Source: Deinococcales bacterium (lineage in GTDB: Bacteria > Deinococcota > Deinococci > Deinococcales > JAAFIG01). Taken from it: a stretch of 16,927 nucleotides of DNA. Below the pieces are notes generated by a model. It saw only the letters and a program-made list of their open reading frames with translations. It was not told where the DNA came from and made no database searches. Shown here piece by piece: positions 9,547 to 16,926 of the stretch. Location of the stretch: contig JANNVX010000028.1 in NCBI GenBank assembly GCA_031414595.1, positions 1 through 16,927 on the forward strand. The letters are read 5' to 3'. The number at the start of each line of letters is the position of its first letter. Position 1 is the first letter of the stretch. The translations under genes and the position numbers were made by a program.

Positions 9547-10671
9547 ATGGCGCAGAGCGTGACAATTGTGGATTTATTGCGAACGATGGTGGCACGTGGC
9601 GTTTCCGATGTGCATTTGCAAGTTGGTTCGCCGCCAATGGGACGGGTACATGGCACACTGACGGCTTTTCATAGCGAAGCCTTAAAACCAGATCAAACCA
9701 AAATGATTGGCAGAACACTTTTAACCAACGAGCAATGGGAAGAATTTGAGTACCGTCATGAACTCGACTTTGCCTACCTTGTGCCGAATGTGGCGCGGTT
9801 TCGTTGCAATATCTTTAGACAACGCGGCAGTATTGGCTTAGTCATGCGGGTTATCCCTGACGCAATTGCCAGTTTTGAAAGCCTTGGTTTGCCAGCCGAT
9901 GTAATGGAAGATTTTTGTGGCAAAGAACGCGGGATTATCCTGACCACAGGTCCAACAGGTTCAGGCAAAAGTACCACCATGGCAGCCATTATTGACAAAA
10001 TCAACCGTACTTATGCCCATAACATCATCACCATCGAAGACCCGATTGAGTATTTGCATCGCAATCAACGCAGCTTGGTGATTCAACGTGAAGTTGGTTC
10101 GGACACCTCGGACTTTAAGAGCGCCCTAAAGTACGCCATGCGCCAAGACCCAGACGTAATCATGATTGGTGAGATGCGCGACAAAGAAACGGTTGAAGCT
10201 GCGATTACCGCCGCCCAGACTGGTCACTTGGTGCTAAGCACCTTGCACACCCAAGACGCGGTTCGCAGTGTCAACCGTATCATTGATTTTTTCCCACCGC
10301 ACGAACGCGACCAAATCAGAATTTTATTTGCCGAATCCTTGGTTGGTATTTTATCACAGCGCTTGTTGCCTCGAGCCGATGGTTCTGGACGGATTCTAGC
10401 CCTTGAAATCATGATTAACACCCCGTTAATTCGTGAGTACATCAAGGACGAAAATAAAACCCCTGAAATTAAAGATGCAATGCGCGAAGAAAACGACAAA
10501 GGCATGACCACCTTTGACCAGCACCTTGTGAGCTTGTACTTTGGTGGCATGATTTCTTATGAAGAAGGCTTGTCATCATCAACCAGCCCAGATGAGTATA
10601 AACTGATGGTCATGAAAGGCTCAACCGCCGCCAATGCTCACCGTGATAAAAACCTGTCTGTCCCGTCTTGA
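9547..10671 (+). CDS. pilT: Type IV pilus retraction ATPase, PilT/PilU family
   Basis: SDVHL, RFRCNIF, Walker A GPTGSGKST, Asp box EDPIE, Walker B DVIMIGEMRD, His box GHLVLSTLHT. GAGGAG SD. The AIRNLIRE motif is divergent (LIREYIKD), so this may be a second PilT or PilU paralogue. Confidence 0.9.
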   Translation: MAQSVTIVDLLRTMVARGVSDVHLQVGSPPMGRVHGTLTAFHSEALKPDQTKMIGRTLLTNEQWEEFEYRHELDFAYLVPNVARFRCNIFRQRGSIGLVMRVIPDAIASFESLGLPADVMEDFCGKERGIILTTGPTGSGKSTTMAAIIDKINRTYAHNIITIEDPIEYLHRNQRSLVIQREVGSDTSDFKSALKYAMRQDPDVIMIGEMRDKETVEAAITAAQTGHLVLSTLHTQDAVRSVNRIIDFFPPHERDQIRILFAESLVGILSQRLLPRADGSGRILALEIMINTPLIREYIKDENKTPEIKDAMREENDKGMTTFDQHLVSLYFGGMISYEEGLSSSTSPDEYKLMVMKGSTAANAHRDKNLSVPS

Positions 10672-10728
10672 TCAAACCGATGCCAGAATTGCACATCCTT
10701 TTTTTAGCTAAGCGTGTAGACTGATTGC

Positions 10729-11988
10729 GTGAGTGACTGGATTAACACCATGCGGCAATCCGTTGGCGGCAATAGCCACGCTGAAATCAACGCCCCTGAT
10801 GCGGGAATGCTCCTGACTGATACCGAATTGGTCTACATCAACATCGGTGGAATGCAGCGAGCCAGACTTGGTGAAATTGCCAAAGTCAGCCGTGAGAATG
10901 GCGAATTGGTGATTTCATCTGCTCAGCACCCCCTGATTCGTGGCGCAATCAAAACCGATAAAGAAACCCTGTCTAATTTCTTTTCGCAAGTGCGTCAAGT
11001 CGCGGCGTGGTCTCGAGAACGCCGCACCGTGATTATGGATTCGCCCGATGCCACCCCAATGGACTCGAGTTTTGTCGGACGTACCCCAGATGTACCACTA
11101 TCCAGACCAGACCTGCCAGACCCGATAGCCGAAATGCCTATTGCCCCACCTGTCCGTCCTTTGGTGACGGTTTCTCCGTCCGAAGCGCCAAATCCGTTGG
11201 TAAACGCCCCACTGCTTGAACCCATAACCGAGACCACCCAGTCGCTCGGACGAACAGTTGGACTGCCCTCCACTATCCCTCAAGACCGCCCTCGAGTCAC
11301 TGCCGCACTGATTCCAAGGTTCTCCGAAAGTCGCGCTGAACCCGTTAAACTCGAGTACGCTGGGTTCTGGTTGCGTTTTCTGGCATACGTCATTGATGCG
11401 ATTTTGCTTGGTATTGCAAGCACATTTCTTTCCAATCTCTTTACGGGGAATGCCACAGCCGCTCTAACTCGCTTAAGCCAACAAACTGAGAATAGCACCC
11501 TCAGTGGCGAACAAGCCTTGGCTGAATTAACTCAGTTATTACCTGCTTTTACCACTTCGATTGTACTGGCAACCGTGGCGACTACCGTTTTGACTTGGTT
11601 ATATTTTGCATTTTTAGAATCTGGAGAACGTCAAGCCACACTTGGCAAGATGGCACTGGGTCTGATTGTCACCGATGATCAAAACCAGCGTATGAATTTT
11701 GCTCGAGCCTCGGGGCGTTACTTTGCAAAGTCAATTATTCCATTTGCAATCACCATTTTGTCATTGCTAAGTATTGTGCCAGCCCTGACCAGTTTTATCG
11801 CCAGCAGCACCAATGGTGGTACTACCATGAGTGGATTGGCTTTTTTTATAGAGTTGTTAGAACCGCTCAGTTTGATTTTGACTTTTGGTGGTTTGGTACT
11901 GATTATCGCTTATGTGATGGCGGCATTCACGGCTAAAAAACAAGCCCTACATGATTTGATGGCTAAAACGCTGGTCTTGAAAAAATGA
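10729..11988 (+). CDS. RDD family membrane protein with N-terminal soluble domain and Pro-rich linker
   Basis: YAGFWLRFLAYVID, ATLGKMALGLIV and KKQALHDLMAKTLV are RDD hallmarks. GTG start 6 nt after TAGACT. Confidence 0.88.
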   Translation: MSDWINTMRQSVGGNSHAEINAPDAGMLLTDTELVYINIGGMQRARLGEIAKVSRENGELVISSAQHPLIRGAIKTDKETLSNFFSQVRQVAAWSRERRTVIMDSPDATPMDSSFVGRTPDVPLSRPDLPDPIAEMPIAPPVRPLVTVSPSEAPNPLVNAPLLEPITETTQSLGRTVGLPSTIPQDRPRVTAALIPRFSESRAEPVKLEYAGFWLRFLAYVIDAILLGIASTFLSNLFTGNATAALTRLSQQTENSTLSGEQALAELTQLLPAFTTSIVLATVATTVLTWLYFAFLESGERQATLGKMALGLIVTDDQNQRMNFARASGRYFAKSIIPFAITILSLLSIVPALTSFIASSTNGGTTMSGLAFFIELLEPLSLILTFGGLVLIIAYVMAAFTAKKQALHDLMAKTLVLKK

Positions 11989-12055
11989 GTTATTGAGCTA
12001 TGGGCTTTGAGGAAAACCTGTATTCTTGAGTCACCTCTCTTTCCTTTGTTTCAAC

Positions 12056-12084
12056 TTGACGCACTAAGCATTAGATGTTACCCT
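12056..12084 (+). promoter_or_regulatory. Sigma70-type promoter for the asd leader
   Basis: TTGACG (12056-12061), 17 nt, TACCCT (12079-12084, preceded by extended -10 TGn), 6 nt, ATG (12091). Confidence 0.75.
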
Positions 12085-12090
12085 TTTCCT

Positions 12091-12120
12091 ATGAAGTTTG
12101 AGACCACCACGACCATATAG
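12091..12120 (+). CDS. Thr-rich leader peptide (MKFETTTTI), thrL-like, probably leaderless
   Basis: ATG AAG TTT GAG ACC ACC ACG ACC ATA TAG: four consecutive Thr codons plus Ile, upstream of asd and followed by hairpins and a terminator. Confidence 0.85.
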   Translation: MKFETTTTI

Positions 12121-12146
12121 CGACAAGTGTTTACACGCTTGTCGCT
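12119..12146 (+). promoter_or_regulatory. Attenuator hairpin (protector) after the asd leader
   Basis: AGCGACAAGTGT-ttac-ACGCTTGTCGCT forms a 12-bp stem with one G-U pair. Its 3' arm CGCTTGTC can instead pair with GACAGGCG (12159-12166) in the terminator. Confidence 0.75.
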
Positions 12147-12147
12147 T

Positions 12148-12174
12148 CCCGCCATTTAGACAGGCGGGTTTTTT
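12148..12174 (+). terminator. Attenuator intrinsic terminator upstream of asd
   Basis: CCCGCC-atttagaca-GGCGGG-TTTTTT. Confidence 0.85.
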
Positions 12175-12210
12175 ATTGAGAAAAAGGTACAAGGCAAAAG
12201 GAGATAGAAG

Positions 12211-13227
12211 ATGAAATTAGCAATTGTAGGTGCAAGCGGGGCAGTTGGACATGAGCTTTTAAGTGTTCTCAAGAAATCTAGTCTGAAGTACGATGAGTTG
12301 CGGCTTTATGCCAGTCCTCGGAGTGCAGGTACGGTTCTGACTTGCCGAGGACAGACATTAACCGTGGAGGTCATGCCCGAGGGTAAAATAGATGCCGATG
12401 TGATCCTGGCTTCGGCGGGTGGCAGCATTTCTAAAAGTCAAGCGCCGATTTGGGCAGAGGGCGGCGCAGTGGTGATAGATAACTCGAGTGCTTTTCGGTA
12501 CGATGATGCCATTCCCTTAATTGTTCCAGAAATCAACGGCGATGTACTCGAGACTCACGACTGGACTAAGGGCGGGATTGTGGCTAATCCAAATTGTACG
12601 ACTGCTATTGCGGTCATGGCACTTGCACCGATTCATCAAAAATACGGGATTAAACGCGCCATCATCAGCACCTACCAAGCCACCTCGGGGGCTGGGGCAA
12701 AAGGCATGAGTGAACTGCTTGAGCAGACCAAGAATGCTTTAGATAATAAACCCGTTATAAACGAAGTTTTTGCCCATAGCATTGTCTTTAATGTGATTCC
12801 CCACATAGATTCTTTTCAAGACAACGGCTACACCAAAGAAGAAATGAAAGTCGCATGGGAAACCCGTAAAATCATGCGAGCGCCCGATATTCGCCTAAGC
12901 TGCACTGCCGTGCGAATCCCGACGCTTCGTACCCACTCGGAAGCCATTACCCTCGACCTCGAGAAGCCAGCTTTGCCTGATGATGTTCGTGCTTTGCTAG
13001 GGACTGCTGCTGGTGTCGAAGTGCGCGATGACCCAAGCCAAAAACTCTACCCGATGCCGCTAACCGCCAGTGGCAAGTATGATGTCGAAGTCGGACGTAT
13101 CCGTAGCAGTGAAGTCTTTGACGGTGGTATAGATTTATTCGTGGCTGGCGACCAACTCTTAAAAGGAGCAGCCCTGAATGCCGTTCAAATTGCCGAGTAC
13201 ATGCAGCAAAAAGGGTTAATTAAATAA
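12211..13227 (+). CDS. asd: Aspartate-semialdehyde dehydrogenase
   Basis: [23 protein letters not shown] (catalytic Cys), [40 protein letters not shown]. Confidence 0.97.
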   Translation: MKLAIVGASGAVGHELLSVLKKSSLKYDELRLYASPRSAGTVLTCRGQTLTVEVMPEGKIDADVILASAGGSISKSQAPIWAEGGAVVIDNSSAFRYDDAIPLIVPEINGDVLETHDWTKGGIVANPNCTTAIAVMALAPIHQKYGIKRAIISTYQATSGAGAKGMSELLEQTKNALDNKPVINEVFAHSIVFNVIPHIDSFQDNGYTKEEMKVAWETRKIMRAPDIRLSCTAVRIPTLRTHSEAITLDLEKPALPDDVRALLGTAAGVEVRDDPSQKLYPMPLTASGKYDVEVGRIRSSEVFDGGIDLFVAGDQLLKGAALNAVQIAEYMQQKGLIK

Positions 13228-14118
13228 ATGATGATTACCCCGATTCATTTTGCATTGATTCTCTTTGTGGTTTTTAATTGGGGACTGAGTTTTGTGGTGA
13301 TTCATCTTGGTTTGCAGGGCGTACCACCGTTACTACTGGCAACGCTGCGCTTTGCATTGGCAGCAGTGCCGTTCGTGTTTTTTATTCGCCGTCCTAACAT
13401 ACCAACCATGTGGTTCGCAGCTTACGGGATTTGTACTGGTGTGATTCAGTTTGGAGTGGCATTCACCGCCATGAACATTGGGATTAGTGCGGGCTTAGCG
13501 AGTTTAGTGATTCAAATGAATGGTTTATTTACAGTTGTTCTCTCGAGTCTATTTTTTGCTGAACGCATCAAATGGTATCAGTGGCTTGGGCTGGGCGTGG
13601 CATTTAGTGGCATTGCTTTAATTGGCACAACTAAGGACTCGAGTGCTACCGTACCCGCGATTTTACTGATTCTCATCGCTGCGCTTGGTTGGGCAAGTGC
13701 CAATCTGATTGTGCGGCACGTCTCGAGCCTGAGTCCCAAACCAGATTTATTTGCTTTTGCAGTGCATGGCAATGCGTATGCACCACTGCCGCTTCTGGGG
13801 CTTTCTTTGCTGCTCGAGGGCGGTACAAGGGATTGGGCTGCGCTAACGCACTTAAGTTTAACTTCTGGTTTAAGTGCTTTGTACCTCGCGTGGATTGCGA
13901 CTGTGGTTTGCTTTGGGGCGTGGGCATTTTTAATTGGGCGTTATGGTGCTTCAAACATTGCACCGTTTAGTTTGCTTGTGCCAGTCTTTGGCATGGTCTT
14001 AAGTGCGCTGATGCTCGGCGAACAATTTACCAGCATAAAGTTAATATCAGCTTTCTTGGTGGTACTTGGTTTAATCATCAATATTTTTGGCGCAAGAATC
14101 CCTTGGAGGAATTTATGA
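13228..14118 (+). CDS. EamA/DMT-family transporter
   Basis: About 10 hydrophobic helices; WGLSFVVI, PPLLLATLRF, GLASLVIQ and APFSLLVPVFG motifs. Abuts the asd stop codon. Confidence 0.9.
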   Translation: MMITPIHFALILFVVFNWGLSFVVIHLGLQGVPPLLLATLRFALAAVPFVFFIRRPNIPTMWFAAYGICTGVIQFGVAFTAMNIGISAGLASLVIQMNGLFTVVLSSLFFAERIKWYQWLGLGVAFSGIALIGTTKDSSATVPAILLILIAALGWASANLIVRHVSSLSPKPDLFAFAVHGNAYAPLPLLGLSLLLEGGTRDWAALTHLSLTSGLSALYLAWIATVVCFGAWAFLIGRYGASNIAPFSLLVPVFGMVLSALMLGEQFTSIKLISAFLVVLGLIINIFGARIPWRNL

Positions 14119-14603
14119 ATTACGCAACACTTTTAGAAACCCCAACTTTGGCTGGTGCATTAGAAGAACTCGATGCCATGCTGGTGTCTGGGCAGGACAC
14201 TTTTTTAGACTTTGAAGATGACGAACTCGAGCAACCCGTTAAAGAAGGCAAATGGTCACGCAAAGAAATTATTGGGCATTTAATAGATAGTGCGCTAAAC
14301 AATGTACAACGTTTTACCAGAGCGCAGATTCCCGCGCATCTCGAGGCTGGTGTTTTGGTTACGGCTGGTTACGCTCAAAATGATTGGGTCGCACTTGCCA
14401 AGTACAACCAACGTGACCGTCTTGCCATGATGGAACTCTGGGACACCTTAAACGAACATATTCTCGAGGTGATGCGTGATGCAACCCCGCAAAGTTTAGT
14501 TGTGCCAATTAAAATTGGTGATGGTGAACCGATGTCACTTGAGGATGTATTTATCAGTTACGTTGGGCATGTGAAGCATCATTTGGCACAATTAACGCCG
14601 TGA
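14115..14603 (+). CDS. DinB/YfiT-family protein
   Basis: GKWSRKEIIGHLIDS...HVKHHLAQL His pattern. ATG 14115 follows a GGAGG SD and forms an ATGA overlap with the EamA stop. Confidence 0.88.
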   Translation: MNYATLLETPTLAGALEELDAMLVSGQDTFLDFEDDELEQPVKEGKWSRKEIIGHLIDSALNNVQRFTRAQIPAHLEAGVLVTAGYAQNDWVALAKYNQRDRLAMMELWDTLNEHILEVMRDATPQSLVVPIKIGDGEPMSLEDVFISYVGHVKHHLAQLTP

Positions 14604-14885
14604 TTTTTTGCGGTAGGCTTCGCCACGTTTCTCGATTCCTTCAATAAAAAGCGTGGGTGGCTCGAGTTCGACATCCAAGTAAATGCGTAAATCCCCAACT
14701 CGAAAGCGGTAAGCTGCGATGTATCCACCTCCTAAAAATTCAATGTCTCCAACAGCCGTTTCAGCAAGTCTTTGGAGTGCTTCAACCACCCGCAAAGCAT
14801 TCTCAGCACTCAGGGCATTGAGTGTTTTTTGGGCATTGCGTTTGAAACTCAAGGTATACGGTACAAGCTCGGTTCTAATTGCCAC
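14592..14885 (-). CDS. Type II toxin, RelE/ParE family
   Basis: 97 aa with AQKTLNAL...YRFRVGDLRI...KRGEAY, a RelE-like pattern. Overlaps the 3' end of the upstream small ORF. Confidence 0.85.
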   Translation of the reverse strand: MAIRTELVPYTLSFKRNAQKTLNALSAENALRVVEALQRLAETAVGDIEFLGGGYIAAYRFRVGDLRIYLDVELEPPTLFIEGIEKRGEAYRKKSRR

Positions 14886-15174
14886 GTTGTCTCTTTTGCA
14901 AATCTTTAAGAATCACATCAAGACCAACATATTCGCCTCTACCAGCACGACGCTCGAGAATGGCTTGTTGCACATCTTCGGGGGCAGCTTCTTGAACAGG
15001 ATTTTCTTTCGCCAAACGCAGTTTAATCGTCAAAGGATGCTCTGGTTCTGGCAGATTGGTTTCTTTCAGCCACGTCTCCAAGGCTTGACGACGAGTACGA
15101 ATACCGCGTTGACGACGAAAAATATCAATCTTTGCCAAAGCATTTTTGGAAATCGCTTTCTCAAGCAGGGTCAT
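14875..15174 (-). CDS. Putative cognate antitoxin
   Basis: 99 aa ORF upstream of and overlapping the toxin by 11 nt. Basic N-terminus; C-terminus EDVQQAILERRAGRGEYVGLDVILKDL resembles antitoxin tails. TAGAAT lies 6 nt before the ATG. Confidence 0.7.
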   Translation of the reverse strand: MTLLEKAISKNALAKIDIFRRQRGIRTRRQALETWLKETNLPEPEHPLTIKLRLAKENPVQEAAPEDVQQAILERRAGRGEYVGLDVILKDLQKRQRGN

Positions 15175-15197
15175 GAAAACATTCTAAGGGGTTTTTT

Positions 15198-16595
15198 ATG
15201 GATTTAATAGTTATGAAGTTCGGCGGTACACTCATGGGCAGCACAGAAGCAATCAAGCGTAGCGCCAGTTTAGTGGCTGTCAGCATCAAAAACGGTTCTC
15301 GAGTGGTGGTTGTGCCGAGTGCCATGAGTGGTGTGACTGACCAACTGATTAAGATTGCCAGCAGTGCCGAACAAGGACAAATTGATTTTGCCAATGATGA
15401 AATTGGTTTTATTAAAAAACGTCACCTCGAGACGGCGGTAGCACTGGCAACTCGAGAAGATGGACTGCATAAATTAGAAGCCATGTTTGATAGTTTGTCG
15501 CAAACGATTAACGGAATTTATTTGTTGCGCGAACTTTCTAAACGCAGTAAAGATTTGATTGTCTCGTTTGGTGAACGCCTCAGCGCCCCTCTGATGAGCG
15601 CCGCCCTCGAGCAGCAAGGAGTTCCAGCCCATGACCTGACGGGCGGACAAGCTGGAATGTTGACCAACAATAATTTTGGCAATGCCCGTCCGATGCCAGA
15701 AGCCTATAACCGTATTCCTAAGCGGCTCGAGGGGTTATTTCAGCAAAATGTCACGCCAGTCGTCACGGGGTTTATTGGCGAAACCGACAAAGGCGCAATC
15801 ACCACCCTTGGGCGCGGCGGCTCGGATTACACCGCTACGATTCTTGGCGCAGCCTTAAACGCTGCCGAAGTCTGGACTTGGAAAGACGTGGATGGGGTCA
15901 TGACCACCGACCCACGTATTGTGCCAGAGGCACAGAATCTCGAGCAGTTAAGCTATGCCGAAATCATGGAAATGGCATATTTTGGCGCAAAAGTGCTGCA
16001 CCCTCTAGCGGTTGTACCTTTGCAAGAAAAAGGCATTCCTCTGCGGGTTAAAAGTGCTGCCGACCCGAGCTTTGCCGGAACGCTGGTCTCGAGTGAATCG
16101 CGCCCCTTAAAAAATGGCGTAAAAGCGGTGACTGCGGTTAGAAACGCCAACATCATAGATATTGGTGGAGCGGGTATGGTCGGGGCAGCCAATATCACTT
16201 CTCAGATTTTTGATGTGCTGGCAGATTTGGATGTCCATGTGATTATGATTTCTCAGTCCTCGAGCATGGCAAATATTTCGATTGTGGTGCAACAAGCCGA
16301 TGGCAAACGGGCATTGGAAGCCTTACAAAAACAATTTGCAGAATCCGACAGCGTAGGCAAAATCGAATTCTGGGAAGCGATTAGTGTAATTGCGATAGTC
16401 GGCGAAGGAATGCGCGGTACAAAAGGTGTAGCCGCAAAACTCTTTACGGCTGTGGCAAACGAAGGCATCAGCATTGACATGATTTCTCAAGGCTCGAGTG
16501 AGTTAAATATTTCTTTGGCAATAGATGATGTTCATACGGTTCAGGCGGTGAAAGCCATTCATAAAGCCTTTGGCTTAGACAAACTCGAGGTATGA
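15198..16595 (+). CDS. lysC: Aspartate kinase (monofunctional, two ACT domains)
   Basis: VMKFGGT, VVVPSAMSGVTD, SFGERLS, TTLGRGGSDYTA, DVDGVMTTDPR, FGAKVLHP and C-terminal ACT repeats (MISQ..S..NIS). Confidence 0.95.
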   Translation: MDLIVMKFGGTLMGSTEAIKRSASLVAVSIKNGSRVVVVPSAMSGVTDQLIKIASSAEQGQIDFANDEIGFIKKRHLETAVALATREDGLHKLEAMFDSLSQTINGIYLLRELSKRSKDLIVSFGERLSAPLMSAALEQQGVPAHDLTGGQAGMLTNNNFGNARPMPEAYNRIPKRLEGLFQQNVTPVVTGFIGETDKGAITTLGRGGSDYTATILGAALNAAEVWTWKDVDGVMTTDPRIVPEAQNLEQLSYAEIMEMAYFGAKVLHPLAVVPLQEKGIPLRVKSAADPSFAGTLVSSESRPLKNGVKAVTAVRNANIIDIGGAGMVGAANITSQIFDVLADLDVHVIMISQSSSMANISIVVQQADGKRALEALQKQFAESDSVGKIEFWEAISVIAIVGEGMRGTKGVAAKLFTAVANEGISIDMISQGSSELNISLAIDDVHTVQAVKAIHKAFGLDKLEV

Positions 16596-16596
16596 A

Positions 16597-16790
16597 ATGT
16601 ATTACTTTGAACCTGTCACCCTCGAGGGCAAACACATCCGACTCGAGCCACTAGACCCAAGTGTTCACGCCGCGCCGATGTACGAATTCTTTGAACCTAG
16701 AGTCACTGAATTCTTGTCTCGAGGTGGTTCGCCAGTCGAGACCGCAACCGACTTACAAGCCCATCTCGAGTTACTAAACGCCATTCCTAA
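16597..16790 (+). pseudogene. GNAT (RimJ/RimL-like) acetyltransferase, 5' part, apparently interrupted
   Basis: The N-terminus FEPVTLEGKHIRLEPL is typical of RimJ/RimL GNATs, usually 170-200 aa. After about 64 codons the frame runs into AT-rich and REP sequence and stops at 16893. Confidence 0.6.
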
Positions 16791-16848
16791 GGATTTGTCC
16801 CAGAATAACTTCCCGATTTCAATTAAACCAAGAACATACAATTGGTCA

Positions 16849-16926
16849 CAGGGCGGACACGGGGGTCCGCCCCTACCTGACGTATTTTTATGATTTTTGT
16901 AGGGACAGACCCCTGTGTCTGTCCTG
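16849..16926. repeat. Inverted doublet of GTAG-family REP elements (REPIN-like)
   Basis: Copy 1 (16849-16876, minus) GTAGGGGCGGACCCCCGTGTCCGCCCTG; copy 2 (16899-16926, plus) GTAGGGACAGACCCCTGTGTCTGTCCTG; 22-nt spacer. Each is GTAG plus a hairpin. Confidence 0.85.

Larger units (their letters stand above)
106..16770. repeat. Highly iterated palindrome CTCGAG dispersed through the window
   Basis: About 84 exact copies by manual count (first at 106, last at 16765), versus about 4 expected for a random hexamer in 16.9 kb. Confidence 0.95.

Noticed and set aside
553-16480. Numerous short antisense or alternative-frame ORFs (e.g. 553-951, 4679-5137, 8907-9398, 14719-15207)
   Set aside because: They lie over well-supported genes and show no motifs or initiation signals; they are shadow ORFs.
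106-16770. CTCGAG copies as XhoI cloning scars, synthetic edits or a CRISPR/tandem array
   Set aside because: They sit inside intact genes in all three frames without frameshifts, have irregular spacing and no conserved flanks, and one is part of a regulatory hairpin.
106-16770. CTCGAG as a DNA uptake sequence linked to the PilT ATPase
   Set aside because: Known uptake sequences are 9-12 nt, non-palindromic and often paired in terminators. Nothing here ties the 6-mer to uptake, though it is not formally excluded.
16791-16893. C-terminal 34 aa of the 98-aa ORF as real protein
   Set aside because: It is read through AT-rich insert and REP hairpin sequence (GGHGGPPLP is the REP) and lacks GNAT motifs.
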